Below, in pieces: positions 1 to 14,100 of a stretch of 64,000 nucleotides of DNA. Made by a program: the position numbers and the translations under genes. The stretch comes from Rhina ancylostomus (taxonomy: Eukaryota), in the NCBI GenBank assembly GCA_030265395.1, contig JARFYF010000104.1, forward strand, positions 76,344,065 through 76,408,064. Direction: 5' to 3'. Below the pieces are notes generated by a model, which was not told the origin of the DNA, made no database searches, and saw only the letters and a list, made by a program, of their open reading frames with translations. The stretch's first letter is position 1; every line of letters starts with the position of its first letter.

Positions 1-79
1 GCAATCAGTCCAGCATGGAATCCATGTGCTGGACAACAAGGCATTAATGGGGCCAAATGAGGGCCAGAACTCAGAATCA
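1..79. repeat. Dispersed repeat, second copy at ~57826-57903
   Basis: agtccagcatggaatccat(g/a)tgct..caacaaggcattaa..gagggccagaactcagaa shared by both loci. Confidence 0.85.
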
Positions 80-84
80 TGACA

Positions 85-240
85 AAGTGTTGGCCAAGAC
101 ATTGGAGATATTTCTTGCTCTTTTTCCAAATAGTGCCTTATGACCTTAAGCACCTTCCTGAATAGACAGCTGGGGTCTTGGGATAAGTTAACCAAAGGGT
201 GAAACTGCAGCAGTGTCTCATCCTGGGCCAATGTGTCAGT
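85..240 (-). mobile_element. Deu-domain SINE fragment (SacSINE1/AmnSINE1-like)
   Basis: Reverse complement of the Deu core (ggccaagaca..ttgctctt..aatagtgcc..). Confidence 0.55.
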
Positions 241-904
241 ATTGACACTGCTTTTTGCGTTTAATTTGTTTCTTCCACCAAGGTAGCAGGCAAATCTTAC
301 ACAAGTTCACAATCCATCTTAATGCTATGGGGTTGAGGGGATGAATAACTCACAGCGAAAGGTATAAATAGAAAACTATTGATTTCAGATTGGCTGCCTG
401 TAAATACCCATTCCAGGTTTTCTTTCCACTCAAGTTGAACAGAGGCTGCAAAAGAGGCTGATCTACCTCTGCATTATGTTCATTCCAAAATTAAAATCAT
501 ACCCTCCCTGAAGTCCCTGCACTCTTCCATTCTTCTCTCCTAGACTACAGCCTGAACTACAACATCCAGGCTTAGAGTTAACAGCATTACCACTGTACCA
601 GGGTGATGTCAAAGAAATACAGGACACAGGAAGGAAGCCAATGTTTGATACTCCCAGTGTAATTTAGGAGAGCAAGTATTTGTTTCACCAGAACGTATTA
701 CTCTTCCAACAATTTAATGTAATCTTGTGGTGATTTGAATGCCCTACCTTCTATTCAGGCACATACGAGCATAGACATAGTAAGCAAAAACATCATTCTC
801 AGCATCTCTGGTTAAGGTGTCTTGAGGCCAACACCATCTAGCTCACCTGGCTATGAGCATCGCTAGAGGATCTGAGTGATCCTTATGTTACCAGCCTTTT
901 CTCA

Positions 905-1510
905 CTTATGATATTGGTGTTCCTTGCAGTGCCAGCCTTTATTGTCATCACCATCTGCCCCGAGAAGGTGGTGGTGAATCATCTTATTGAACTGGTGTAT
1001 TTCCCGTATGAACATGCCTCAATCACATTGCTGGGTAAAGAGTTTCTGCATTTAAATTTAGCAAAAGAGATAAGCTTGATGTTTACAATGAGTGGTACAA
1101 CTACAACCATCCTGTGGAATACACCTTAAGCTTCCTAAATCCCAAGTAGAGGTACCAGAGAAAAATCAGATCAACTGCTGGCTAAAATAAAAACAGAAAA
1201 CATTGCAAATATTCAGCAGATCAGGGAGCACCTATGAAAAGAGAAATAAAGATTAACATTTCAGGTTGAGGACCTTTTGTCAGAACTGGAGAACAATTGG
1301 TGGCGTCACAGATGCCATCAATGACACTTATGCTTTGAGAAACCACGAGAATGTGCAAATTGTAATGCTGTTGTTGATATGTGGTGAGAAAAAGATAGAA
1401 GAGCTGGTGCTGATGGACTGTTGGTCTTCAGGTTATATCTTGTAAACAGTCGATTAGTTTATGTTTGAAAGAGGCAAAGACATTACATTGAGGGTGGACA
1501 TGACCTTAAC
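905..1510 (-). mobile_element. 3' end of a CR1-superfamily LINE (family B), interrupted by a Penelope-derived tail
   Basis: gagaaggtggtggtga..cttattgaac; reverse-complement match to the 48.7-49.0 kb copy. Confidence 0.55.
1185..1290 (-). mobile_element. Penelope-derived tail with decayed hammerhead-like core
   Basis: Minus strand CTGACAA-a-AGGT-cctca-ACCT-GAAATGTT followed by the family tail seen at 35930-35971. Confidence 0.65.
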
Positions 1511-3004
1511 ATTTCAGCAGTTGGGTTTGCCTGCATGTCTCCCCTGTAGCATTTGGCATAACAATCAATGGAGAAACATCTTTCCTTTTTAAAGCCAAGA
1601 CCATTGGATGTGGTGCAGAGCATAAATCAATGGCTTGCATCAAAAGTTTATTTTCTTATCACATGAAATCCTGTCATGGGAAACAATCTGTCCCTTATAA
1701 TGAAATGGCAGCAAAAAAAATGTGGTGTTGAAATTTGTCCTTGGTCACATGGTCCAAATATTCATTCCACGTCTAAATTTGGGGAAGCATTGATTTTAAG
1801 ACATGCAACCATTGACCCAGAATTAATTTCTACCTCAACTCTATTTAAAAAGCATCTTTGCATCAAATGATAGGTATTAATGGCCATTTAAAATGGTAGC
1901 CTTTAACTCAGGGTAGCATTGGTGTAGAAACAGGACAAAGATGCCATTTTTGCTCTCTTACTTTGTTATGNNNNNNNNNNNNNNNNNNNNNNNNNNNNNN
2001 NNNNNNNNNNNNNNNNNNNNNNNNNNNNNNNNNNNNNNNNNNNNNNNNNNNNNNNNNNNNNNNNNNNNNNATGTTCTTGTTCATGTTGAACACTGAGTGG
2101 TATGGGGAAGCTCTTTCCAGAATTAAGTCAGGGAGTTTGCCATCAATGACAATTACTCAAACCCTTTGGGTGTGGGGAGATGGTTTATAGCACAAGGCTG
2201 ACTGATTGATCCAGACATGTGCTGCTATAAGATACAAAAGTTACATTTGATATTAATTCTGCTTGCAGCACAAATTTTATTGCACTTGTGTACAAAAGCA
2301 GCATGGTTCAGGGCTGCAGTGGTAGTTCAGGTCACCCTACTTCCTCATACTATTCTTAATTTATTTACCAATAAAATTGGCAGAAGACAATTAGCTTATC
2401 TTGAAGGCATCACTTGAACTCTGGGGATAAAGACATTTCTCAACATTTTTTTTCTGAAAAGGTAGTTGTATGGTCTATGTATTTGGAAAAATAAAATTCT
2501 TTCTGGATCACACAGTGTCATGCACAGGAACTTGAATGGCAACAAGGGGACAAACTGATAATTCTACGGATTCTGGGAAAATTGGCAGTTTTCTAGACTG
2601 AATGCTATTTCTTATTGCTGTTAGTCAGTTGGGGAAGGTGAATAAATTGTTAAGCCTGCTAAATAATTCACCTGTAAGCTTCCAGGTATATCTATGCAGA
2701 ACCAGATGTGGCCCAATGCATAGAAATGAATAGCATACTGACTTTGGTTGCCTTTGGCAGTGCTAGGTAAATATTATAATTGTATGGTGCAGCTTCATCA
2801 GCACTTTCCTGCTTCACCTGAGCCTCCTTAGCCACATCTCTGCTGTCATTAGCAAGTAGCTCTGCTTAGCTCAAGAGACCAACTTATACTGACATAGTGA
2901 AAGCAAATACGCTATGCAATATGGCTGCCCTGGGTGGCTCATTACAAAATGTGATGCCACTGGAACACTCAATGCACTATCTATAAGTAGTCATTACAGC
3001 AAGG

Positions 3005-3486
3005 TCAGAATGAGTGTTCAAACTCCAGACAGGACGCCCCCACAGAGCATAGGTGATCACTTTAGTGCAGTACTGAGGGAGGATTAGATTACTGAACTTT
3101 GGAAGATCAACTATGGCCCATCTGTCAATTAAGGCAGTTAGAAAATTTTATTTGAAGGAGAGCAGAGTCTAACATAATGAAAACGGAAAATGCTAGAAAC
3201 ATTCAGCAGGTCAAGCAGTATTGGTGGAAAGTATAGAATTACCATTTCAGGTCCAACATGTTTCAAAGGAACTGGAAATGAATGGAGTCTTCTAATATCC
3301 TATCCAACTGTAAACTCCTAGCAAACCCTACATCAATATTTGGCCAATTTCTCATTAGTGGGTATTTGCTGTGTATAATTTAGTTGCTGTGCTTATATAG
3401 TACTTAAACATTATTCATTGCTTGCAAAGCACAAAGTCATCAGGTGAACTTGAAAAGCACTATATAAATGCAGATTTTCTTTCTTT
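3005..3486 (+). mobile_element. Deu-domain SINE with a Penelope-derived tail inserted at ~3172-3275
   Basis: agtgcagtactgaggga core, gaaggagagcag, and 3' tail gaaaagcactatataaatgcag. Confidence 0.65.
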
Positions 3487-4547
3487 GGATAAATATTTGA
3501 GCTTCTCTTCAGCCTCTTTGCATTTGTTTGCTCTTGCTGTGCTATTAATACTGTAACAGATAGAGAGGACCTCTTAAATATACAAACCAGCTCTCTGNNN
3601 NNNNNNNNNNNNNNNNNNNNNNNNNNNNNNNNNNNNNNNNNNNNNNNNNNNNNNNNNNNNNNNNNNNNNNNNNNNNNNNNNNNNNNNNNNNNNNNNNGAT
3701 TGATGTTCTGGATGACTGAACCCATTAGCAGACTGTTTTCACCTTCTAGTAATTTAGTTAGGTCAGGAAATATATGGTAAGTGTGTGTTGTAATGAACTC
3801 TTGACATTGTTGCCCTTTGCATTGCTCATGTTTTTGAAGTGCAAGGTAAGGATATGGGAGAAACAATGTAAAGAAACACAACTGAGCTGAGTAAAATAAA
3901 GACTAACAATGTCTTTCGCCCTAAAAACACTGGCTTCCTCTGTATTAAGCTGTGACAGGTACACTATTAGTGAGAGATGTTAAAGCAAAAATTATATAAA
4001 TAACATCCAACCAAGAACCTTGAAAGATAAATTACATTTTATTTTTCCTGATAAAAGAAACTGAGGATGCATAATTAGCTTCAGATTTAATTTTTAAAGC
4101 ATTGATCCTGATACAAACTTTTATCTGATTGACATGTTGGATGGAGTAACAGACACTGAACTGTGAAGTATCATTTGAAATGAATAACTTTTCTGGTTTG
4201 CCATGTCAAAAAAATTTAATGAGTTAAAAATCAAACTTCTGAGACATTAAAGTCTGCCTGCAAAAGGAAGAATTGTGTTCTGTAGCAAAATTATATTATT
4301 GTTATTAAATAGCTATCTGAATAGCTTAAAATAATTTGTTTTCCAAATTCTGTTCTGAATAAACTACACAACTTTATTCCTTAGTTAAATGAAAATTGGC
4401 AACTGAAGAATATACAAAATTCCCCAATATTAAAATAAATGTACAGAAGTAACACTCAGTAATGGCAAATGCAATAAGTTTGAAATGCAGTGTGGATTTT
4501 TTTTGTTACTGTTTGGCCAAACACTGCCATTTTACACCACCAACCTC

Positions 4548-4728
4548 ACACAGAGGTGTAGAGTACTACAACACAGAATTGGTCCCTTCAGCCCATCTAG
4601 TCCATGCCAACCTGATCTTCTGCCTAGTCCCATCTACTTATACCCGGACCACATCCCTGTAGAGCCCTCCCCTTCATACAACCATCCAAGCTTCTCTTAA
4701 GTGTTATAATTGAACCCACATCTACCAC
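4548..4728 (-). mobile_element. CR1 LINE 3' end
   Basis: acaacacagaa..cccttcagccca..gtccatgccaacc tail; similar copies at 22.9, 40.9 and 60.5 kb. Confidence 0.7.
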
Positions 4729-5059
4729 ATGAAATGCTAGGCTTTTTTTAAAAAAATGGCATTAGCTGGAACTATGTTTGATCATCACACCCAGACATAT
4801 TCCCAATGAATTATATTTTACTATCTTTTACAAGGAAAACTACTGGCAGTTCAGCAATAGGAAACACTGCTTTGTAGGAAAACTTTTCACCTATAAGCAT
4901 GACTCCAAATTTGTAGCTGCCTCTTTGTTCATTTCCTGGTCTCATTTTCACTCTGGGCCTTAGTTCTTGACTTCCCACACTCTGACAAAGGAGGAGGCTA
5001 GGCACATTAGCTTCAATGAGTTCAACAATTTCATTTAATGATTCTGCTATTCCTGTTTA

Positions 5060-5176
5060 CATTCCCTCCCCTTTTATTTTCCCTGCATCCTATTTTCTCT
5101 CACTTGTCCATTAATATCCCCATGATTTTCCCATCAGCCACTTCTACTTGGGATAACTTACAATGGCCAAGTAACC
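5060..5176 (-). mobile_element. HE1/V-SINE-like fragment running into a gap
   Basis: Similar to the 29451-29655 copy. Confidence 0.5.
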
Positions 5177-8100
5177 NNNNNNNNNNNNNNNNNNNNNNNN
5201 NNNNNNNNNNNNNNNNNNNNNNNNNNNNNNNNNNNNNNNNNNNNNNNNNNNNNNNNNNNNNNNNNNNNNNNNNNNNNNNNNNNNNNNNNNNNNNNNNNNN
5301 NNNNNNNNNNNNNNNNNNNNNNNNNNNNNNNNNNNNNNNNNNNNNNNNNNNNNNNNNNNNNNNNNNNNNNNNNNNNNNNNNNNNNNNNNNNNNNNNNNNN
5401 NNNNNNNNNNNNNNNNNNNNNNNNNNNNNNNNNNNNNNNNNNNNNNNNNNNNNNNNNNNNNNNNNNNNNNNNNNNNNNNNNNNNNNNNNNNNNNNNNNNN
5501 NNNNNNNNNNNNNNNNNNNNNNNNNNNNNNNNNNNNNNNNNNNNNNNNNNNNNNNNNNNNNNNNNNNNNNNNNNNNNNNNNNNNNNNNNNNNNNNNNNNN
5601 NNNNNNNNNNNNNNNNNNNNNNNNNNNNNNNNNNNNNNNNNNNNNNNNNNNNNNNNNNNNNNNNNNNNNNNNNNNNNNNNNNNNNNNNNNNNNNNNNNNN
5701 NNNNNNNNNNNNNNNNNNNNNNNNNNNNNNNNNNNNNNNNNNNNNNNNNNNNNNNNNNNNNNNNNNNNNNNNNNNNNNNNNNNNNNNNNNNNNNNNNNNN
5801 NNNNNNNNNNNNNNNNNNNNNNNNNNNNNNNNNNNNNNNNNNNNNNNNNNNNNNNNNNNNNNNNNNNNNNNNNNNNNNNNNNNNNNNNNNNNNNNNNNNN
5901 NNNNNNNNNNNNNNNNNNNNNNNNNNNNNNNNNNNNNNNNNTGAAAAGTTTCGAAGTTTGCAAAAATTTGAGCTCATAATGATCATCATTTCATAACCAT
6001 AAGTGATTGCAGTGCAGTCCCTTGTCTCAGTTAGTAACATCTCAAAAACATTATCCATGCAGACAGTTGGGAAATGAGCTGTATATGGCCAAATTTCCAA
6101 TGCACTATTGCATGTATCCAGTCTCAGTTTTCCTCAGAGTGTAAATGCAAAGTAACTCATTAACTTAATATTTGGACTCCTACTGAAAATTAAATGTCAG
6201 GCACAACTGTATTATAGAGCCAGCATACTGCAACGTTCTGAGGTTTATTTATACCCAACATGGTGATGAGCAATGCAGTTGTAGTAGCAAACACTCAGTT
6301 CACTGTCAAAATGTATAGTCCCTCATTAGAAGCAATAAACTCCTCACCCAAAATAAGCCAGAGAGATGCAGGCAAGCAAGTGCCACAGTGCAATGCAAAC
6401 CGACAGGACAAAAAATGTAAGTACTGCTACACTTCACTTGTAAAGCTCTTTTTTTATATATAAAAAGTTTTTTTAACTCCTTAGCTCCACTGTTTTTTCT
6501 ATTCTCATTAGCTGCAATCTTTGTCTTGAGACTCTCAGGTATACTTTTGAAATGTAATCCTTTTAATAACTTGACTTGAGTACATTTTTCCACAGATATA
6601 CAAGGAGGAGGATTATACATGAGATATTCAATGAAATTATCAGCCATTTCAGTGACCACGTGGACAAAATGTGTACTAGCTTTTTACGATTTTTTGTTAC
6701 AATGTAAAATTAATTTAAAACATAGTCATGGGATGTAATACCTGCATGCTATAATTGGATGTTGCATATATTGCTTGCCTTATTTAAAAAAGTAAACTTG
6801 ATAGTTTAACAGAATTGCAGCTGAGAACTAATAGAGCAGGAGAACAGTAGCGGAGGCCATTACATGTGGGGTTTGGCAGTATTTGTATTGGCACTGAAAT
6901 AGCTGCATTCACAACAATAACCAACTACGAAGGAGGTAATGTTTGAATGGCCACTTATTCACCTACTAATCCAGTGACCTTTATGTTATTAGCTCTCAGG
7001 GCAGAACACTTCTTAAAGAAAAAAGTAGGCACTGTGTAAACAGCATTTTATGTGCAATAATCCTTCACAGCATAGTAATTGTAATCTACATACTAGTGGG
7101 ACACACTGACACTACTGTTATATTAACTAAACAGACTGAACTTCAATAAATCAGAGTTGACAACTCTAATTGACATATTCCCATTGGTCCTGTAACATGG
7201 CCTCCTGCCACAGCCACCCTAAGTAACCAAATAGACCTAGAAATTCTACTGAGTTGTGTTAAGTTTTAAAATCGCTATTTAAAGGAAGTTAATCTGAACA
7301 AAATATTTAAATCCAATCAAGAATTCTGCATGTAGTTCAGTCCTTTGTTGTTCCAACACATTACAGAAAGGCCAGTGGAAGCATTGTGTGACACCATTTG
7401 GTATCAATACATGTTGATATCATACTCTTGCAGAGATACAAGTAAACCAATTTGGGCTGGTACCCTGCACAGATAAGATAATGGCTGACACAATCAGCAC
7501 AAATGGTTTAAGTTGTCAATGTTATCAATACAACTGTACCAGTTCAAGTTAATTTCACCTACGTGCTCAGGATCTTCTAATGAGAAGATGTGGTTTGCAA
7601 ATATTCTGGGCCTCAACTGCAGAAGCAGGCTTCAACGGAGGAATGAAAGGGCTGCTCCTGGACTGCCACAAGCCAAGCTAGTGCCAGGGAGACCAGCAAT
7701 GAAGATTACACTTCATTCTTCTAGCATGGTTCACAGGTCAGTCTTCTTGAAGGCAACTACCTTTGTTTTCTGGGGACCCTCCACCACCACAAACCTTGCT
7801 GAGTGCCCATGCTTGAGGACACAATAGCCTAGATAGTACTGAACTGCAGCCATAGCCAAAGGTCAGTTAACAACATTGCAAAGGCCAGTGTATTTTTGAT
7901 TTCTGTGCCTGGGTTTTGCAATGCCAAGGTCAGGAGTGTCATGGAAGTCCCACTGACCTCCTACCCTGCTATTACCGTGGGCCAGTAGCAGGTTTGTACT
8001 GAGTCGAGGAGCCAGATACACTTTGTATCTGCACACCCCCCATCCTTATGCCAGCCACAGGCAGCATTTATAGAATAGTACAATTTACTTGAATGGGTTC

Positions 8101-11100
8101 ACCAACTTGGATTTACAAATTAATTGCAGGCAAGTGGTTTGATTTTTTATTTTCTTTTGATTTTAATGTCATTATTTAAGTAAATAAAGAAGCTTTTAAA
8201 CTTTATGCATTTATTTAAATCCTATCAAACTGCTTTTAAATAGTAACATTCAAAAGCAGTTCAATGGGTTTTTAAAATAGTGAGTTGGCCAAATGTTATC
8301 AGGGAGGTTCACCAGTTATTCCAATGACAGATAGCTTTAAGGCAAGAGATCAGGAAAGCAAAATTGGTTCCTTGTAAAGCTTTGGCCTACCACACACTTT
8401 ATACATGAATGCATACGTGAGGCTCTGGATTCACAACCCTGTTGTGTGCAGTGGATTGCAGGATCTGTGCAACAGAATATTGCTTCCCAAGCCTCAATTA
8501 AAACTGCTATGAATTCCCTTCCACTGCTAATTGAACACAGATACCTATATGTTGAACATTCTCCAGGGCACAATCTTTTATTGCATCTCCAGTGTTGTTA
8601 TAATTAATAAACAGGACAAAGAAAATGCAATCTTTTAATGTGACCTATTTTTCTCCCAAATGACTCATAATAATGTCCAGCAGATAAATATTTGACTTCT
8701 GGGGATACCCTTTGAGCTGAAAACTCAACTGTAGTTGCTCTGACTTTTTGCTTTTCCAAATTACAGGTTTGTACATCATTAGGATATTACCAACACCCAA
8801 CTTGTATCACATATAGCTGTGAAATTCAAGTCTGAGAGATGTATCAGATTAAATCAGCCCCACTCATGGAATCTTTATGTAGATCCATTCCTTCACTGAG
8901 AGATTTAAGGTGAGGTCAACATGGGGGAATACACACATTGGCGGACAAGAGTCAACAGCACAAAACTTTCCTTCAACTCCTTGGTTTGGAAGCCCCAGCC
9001 AAAAATAGTATGTGAAATGGAAATGTCATACTGCTATTCTTCTGACATGAATTCAGTACCATGGGCAGGGTTACAATGGAAGATATATAAAGGTTTCAAT
9101 GAACAATGTGAAAAAATGTTAAGCTTCACAGACATCATGATCATCTTAATTTAATGAACGTAGAACAATGCAAAAAAAATCACCAACATTACATGGAGAA
9201 GTAACTAGTTTGAACAAAATGCTTTACAAGTTCAATATTTTTTTATATAAAAAAAAGGTGAATGAGGTTGGCACCAAAAACCAACATTAAATAGGCAATG
9301 AAATGTGGAACTGTTTTCTACAGTACAAACACCAAATAATGGTTTTTAAATCAGGCAAAGTATGGAGGTCATGACAAGATGCTTTTCATGAAGGAGAGGC
9401 AAGAACGAGCAGCACTGTGCTGGTGTACCCCTTTAGCAGCCAAGCTGGAACTGTGGGTTTCCTTGAGCATAGGTTCAGCCTATGGTGTGAAAGACATTGA
9501 CATATGTGTCAGAGGACAAGTAAAAAGTGGACAGTTTAAAAAGAAATAAAAATTTAGGGATGAAATTTTATATCATATTTCTTATTCTATTTTATGCAGT
9601 TAAATTGTCTCAAAGCTTTAAGTTTTTTTTGTGTGGGGGCAATTTTGTAACCATTTCTAAAATGGTGTCTGCATTAAATTGCAACTAACATTCACTGTTA
9701 TTTTACCTGTCTACCAAATATAAGTAACATAGCAAGTGTTTTACAATTTCCGTTAACTAGGGTAACAATGGATTAAAATATATGTGCTCCAGAGACTATA
9801 ATGAATATTTATAAAGAAGACAATTAAGTTCCAAGACAATCAATACTTAATTGAATTGCCTGCGGTCTTTCTGAAACTCACTGCCATGCAGACATCACCA
9901 ATTCAGTACAGAAACAGGGAATATCCCTAGAGCAGACTATGCTGTAAAGATTATCTCACATTCTGACCAATGCACAAATAATTTATGAAGTTGTGCCCTT
10001 AAAGGGATGTCAATATTTACAGTGTTAACACTAAACTACTCAGTTGATAGATTAGTTGGCTATTGGCAAAGACTGGAAAAAATATGCATTTTCCCATTAG
10101 GCAAATTATCCTTTAAGCATTGTTTGGGATTTCTGACCCTTGCTAAATGGATATATTGAAACTGAAGAATTCTATTTTTAGTGGTGATATAAATCACATT
10201 TGTCATCCTACAGAACTCCTTCAATAATCTCTGGGCAGTAGCATAAGAGGCCAAGCAGATGACCTGCCGCAGGTCCTTACCTTTGCAGTTACATTGACAG
10301 ATGCAACAGCAAGGTCGTTCCCTTTAATTCTTTTTCTCTGCAAGGGCATATTGGCCCTGCCTCACACAAGTGTCAGCCTCACGCAAGACAGAGGACTCTG
10401 AGGGACAAATGATTAGCAGTGCAAATTCACATTGGTCCACTCTGTGGCGCTACACATTGGTGCTTCAATGAGCTACCCACTGAACTTTGCAACTTTTCAG
10501 CTATGGCAATTCAGGATTTGGTTAAAGAATGATCATTTTCTTCTGGTAATCAAGCACTTTCGTGGACATTGAAAACTGAAAGAAGGTTCTACCAAACTGC
10601 TGGTTAAAGCTAACTGTAATTGCAAGAGAAGGAAGATTCTGCAGTATGCTATTAATTGTCATAATGCCAGTAAACGTTCAGTTTGCAAATTGCTTGACAA
10701 GCATATAGACTCAGTGCCACTTTCATTAATGGTGTCCATAAGCAGATATTACTTGTACTGCATTAGTATTCTGTGAAAACTTTGGAAAACATTCATGCTA
10801 CAGATAGATTTTGCATAAAGGAAAGTCAAACTGGAATGTCTCAGAAGCTTCTGAAACAATTGAGTGCCTCTTCACATTTGCTGGTTATTTGTTCATTTCG
10901 ACAGTTTTTGTTACAGCTCACAACATACTCAAACTGATTTTTCATGCAATATATACAGAACATATTTTGTAATCTCATTTAAAACAAATTTTCAACTTCA
11001 AAAATGTTTTCTGAGCCAACTGGAACAAGCCAACTCTTAAATATCAGCCCCAGATTGTTAACTGTTCCTTCTCCCAGTGAATTAGACCAAAAAGTGAATA

Positions 11101-14100
11101 GCAATTATGCTCTCAGAAACAATTCTGTTAAGCACCTTAAATGACATTTTTAAATCATATGGTGCAAGGGTATTGGGTTAGAATTCAAGAACAATGTACA
11201 TTCTCAAATCACTTAACACACAGGGAGCACAACAGTGCTTGTGAGATTCACGCGAGATCATTTTCCCAATCCTTTACTGGAAAACAGTGATATCAGTTTT
11301 ATCTATTAGGCTGTTCATGTTCCACTCTACACAGACAAATACTGATTTGTACTATTTTCATTTAGCAGAGTCTATGTTACAGGTAAGACAGCCAGTAAAA
11401 CACAAGATGGGCAATACACACAGGAGCTATTTAATGGATTCATTTATACTAGTATGAGACAAACTTAAATACCTACTGATATGGTTAGACCTCCATATTG
11501 TACCTGATTTATTTGATAATGAATATAGTTTTAGTTCAAGCATAAATTCCACCTTTGAAGGATTGCTGTTAACATCCTTGACTTATATCAAGGCAGNNNN
11601 NNNNNNNNNNNNNNNNNNNNNNNNNNNNNNNNNNNNNNNNNNNNNNNNNNNNNNNNNNNNNNNNNNNNNNNNNNNNNNNNNNNNNNNNNNNNNNNNTCCT
11701 TGACTTATATCAAGGCAGAAGATCACATTAAAAGATTCTAAATGTAACATTGAGAAAAACAGACTTGACTTCAATCACCCCATGAACTGTAAAAGGATGA
11801 GGGCCTCAGTAAAACTTCATGAAGCTGCCATGTGATTAAAATGTCAAAAATCCCTTCATTAATCTGGATTTAACTAGTGCAGATGCCATTTAATTATAGG
11901 GAGAATGAGGGAGTGGGAAATAAGGTATACATTCTGCTACATTTTACATACCAACATACTTTTAATTTGGTGACTTTTATACAAGGGGAAATTAGCAGCA
12001 CCTTCAGGCTTCCCTGATGACTAAAGCATAAGAGGCCACAGGATTTGCTGGACAGGGGAAAAATATAATCACAGAACACAGTGCAATTGCTCCTCATAAA
12101 ATAGGAGATACTTCAGAGATGAAAGATGAGTAGTGAACAGGAAGTTAAAGCGATAATTTAGCAGGAACAGTAATCATAGAAAAGTGATATTAGGTAACCT
12201 TTGAAGGTAGTTCAAGAAATATGGTGAAGTTATTTAAGGATGAAATTCCAAAGAACAGTGCAAAATGACCAAATAATTCTCTGATATTGAAGCAGGAGCA
12301 GGGAATCAACAGTAATTAACACAGGATGGATGCATGGCAGCCGAAGAATACTGTTTAATGTGGTACAAGACCATGGAGGTGAGACAAAATGTGTAAAATG
12401 GAAAAATCTGCAGGAGACACGGGCTGAGTAATGCTGTCCATTATTTTGCTTCATGAAGCTGATGTTCCGTTTACATGTCAAACCCATTTGCTTTATCCAC
12501 TATTTTAATATTTGTGCTCTTTTCCACCCAGGATCTAATTTTTTTTTGCACTGAAATGTAACCCGCATATTGCAATTACCTTAACTGCAGTGAATTATCA
12601 TTAGTCACTGAAGTTTGGGGAAAAATACAATTCCACAGAGTTTCTCAGATTTATGTCACACAGCACACATTCAGCGTCATATTGTTTTCTGCCAGGCATG
12701 CTAGTCTGGGTTTAATAAGCAAACATTGCTGGTCTTGAAACAATTTTCTCAATCATTTCTAAATATATTAACATGTGAATAGCCCTGACAAAAAAAACTG
12801 TACTTGCAACCTTTTCACACTTGTTTTATGACATCTTGCTCTCACTGGTTTATCTCCTGATTGCACATTTTTGTTCCAGATTTTCCTTCCATTACATTGA
12901 ATTTCTTATTTAACATGCTTACTTGAAAGCAATAGAATAGTTCATAGCATTCATTTAACTGGAAAAATGGACTGATAATGAAAAGTACGCCGCTTTGTTA
13001 ATGATTACTTTCTCACAGCAATTATCAAATGTTCCTCCTGCATAATGTCCTGCTACTGCTCAAGTGTAGGAAAAAAATTACAGTAGATTACCCATAATAC
13101 TTTCTATTGAGCTCTATCCTGCAAGTCTATTAGTGAACTCATAACCCATCTTCTGCAGCCTTATCATTGGGGTTATTGCCTTCTCAATTTTGCCTCTTGA
13201 GGTCATTCTTTTCTGACTTTCCATTAGTGATGCGAATACCTTTCCCTCATTTTCTATATATTGGAAGTGTGGTCCCTTTTCTTTTCATTACCAAAACTGT
13301 CTTCTCTCAGTTCCCTATTATTGGGTTCAGGACCTTCTTTCAACAGATTATAATTGGGATCTGATATTTCTTTTTTGTGGCGGATGTTGACCTTTCCTCC
13401 AACTTCAATTCTTATTGTAGACTTCCCACGTCCAGTAAATCAGTTGGATCACAACCTTCTTCACCAATTCAAGTTTTTTTTAAAAAAAGCAAAAGAGTCT
13501 TCCCATAATGATGTTTCCACTTTTGCCTCAATAACCTACCACCATGATAATGCAGTCTTTCATATTATAATAGGGCACAGTTACAAAGAATAAAAAAAGA
13601 CCCAAATACCATTAAACTATTAGCATTACTAACAAGAACCGAGAACTAAGTCATGAAAATGGGATGTAATCAAACTGACTGATCATCACTTCACTTTCTG
13701 TAATCTTGATTTTACTGGTCATATCCCGTCAAGTATCCCATCTCTTTCTACCCTCTACCCATACCCCCACTCCCATCCCCCTATTCATGCACATGCCACT
13801 GCCATTCAATTAATTTCTTGTTATTTCCATTTCTTTACTGTATTTGGTTAAACCTGACAAAGCATGTTTGGCTTCTATTCTACATTTTCCGCTAATTATT
13901 GGAACAGTTCAGCAAAAGTGAACAATACTGCCAAATGCTGTTAAAAGGGATCAAATTAGATTCCTACTTGCTCTTTTGCTTAAGCAAGGATATAATCTGT
14001 CTGTTCAATTCTCTCTCCGCACTCTCTTCCCCCCACCGCCCCCCCCCATTGACACAAACATTAGGGAACAGAACCATCATTGAGTGGTCCACACAATTGT

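Noticed and set aside
5038-6100. Long ORFs (287-318 aa), and similar ones at 34.3-35.0, 37.5-38.3 and 43.4 kb
   Set aside because: They consist mainly of N runs translated as X.
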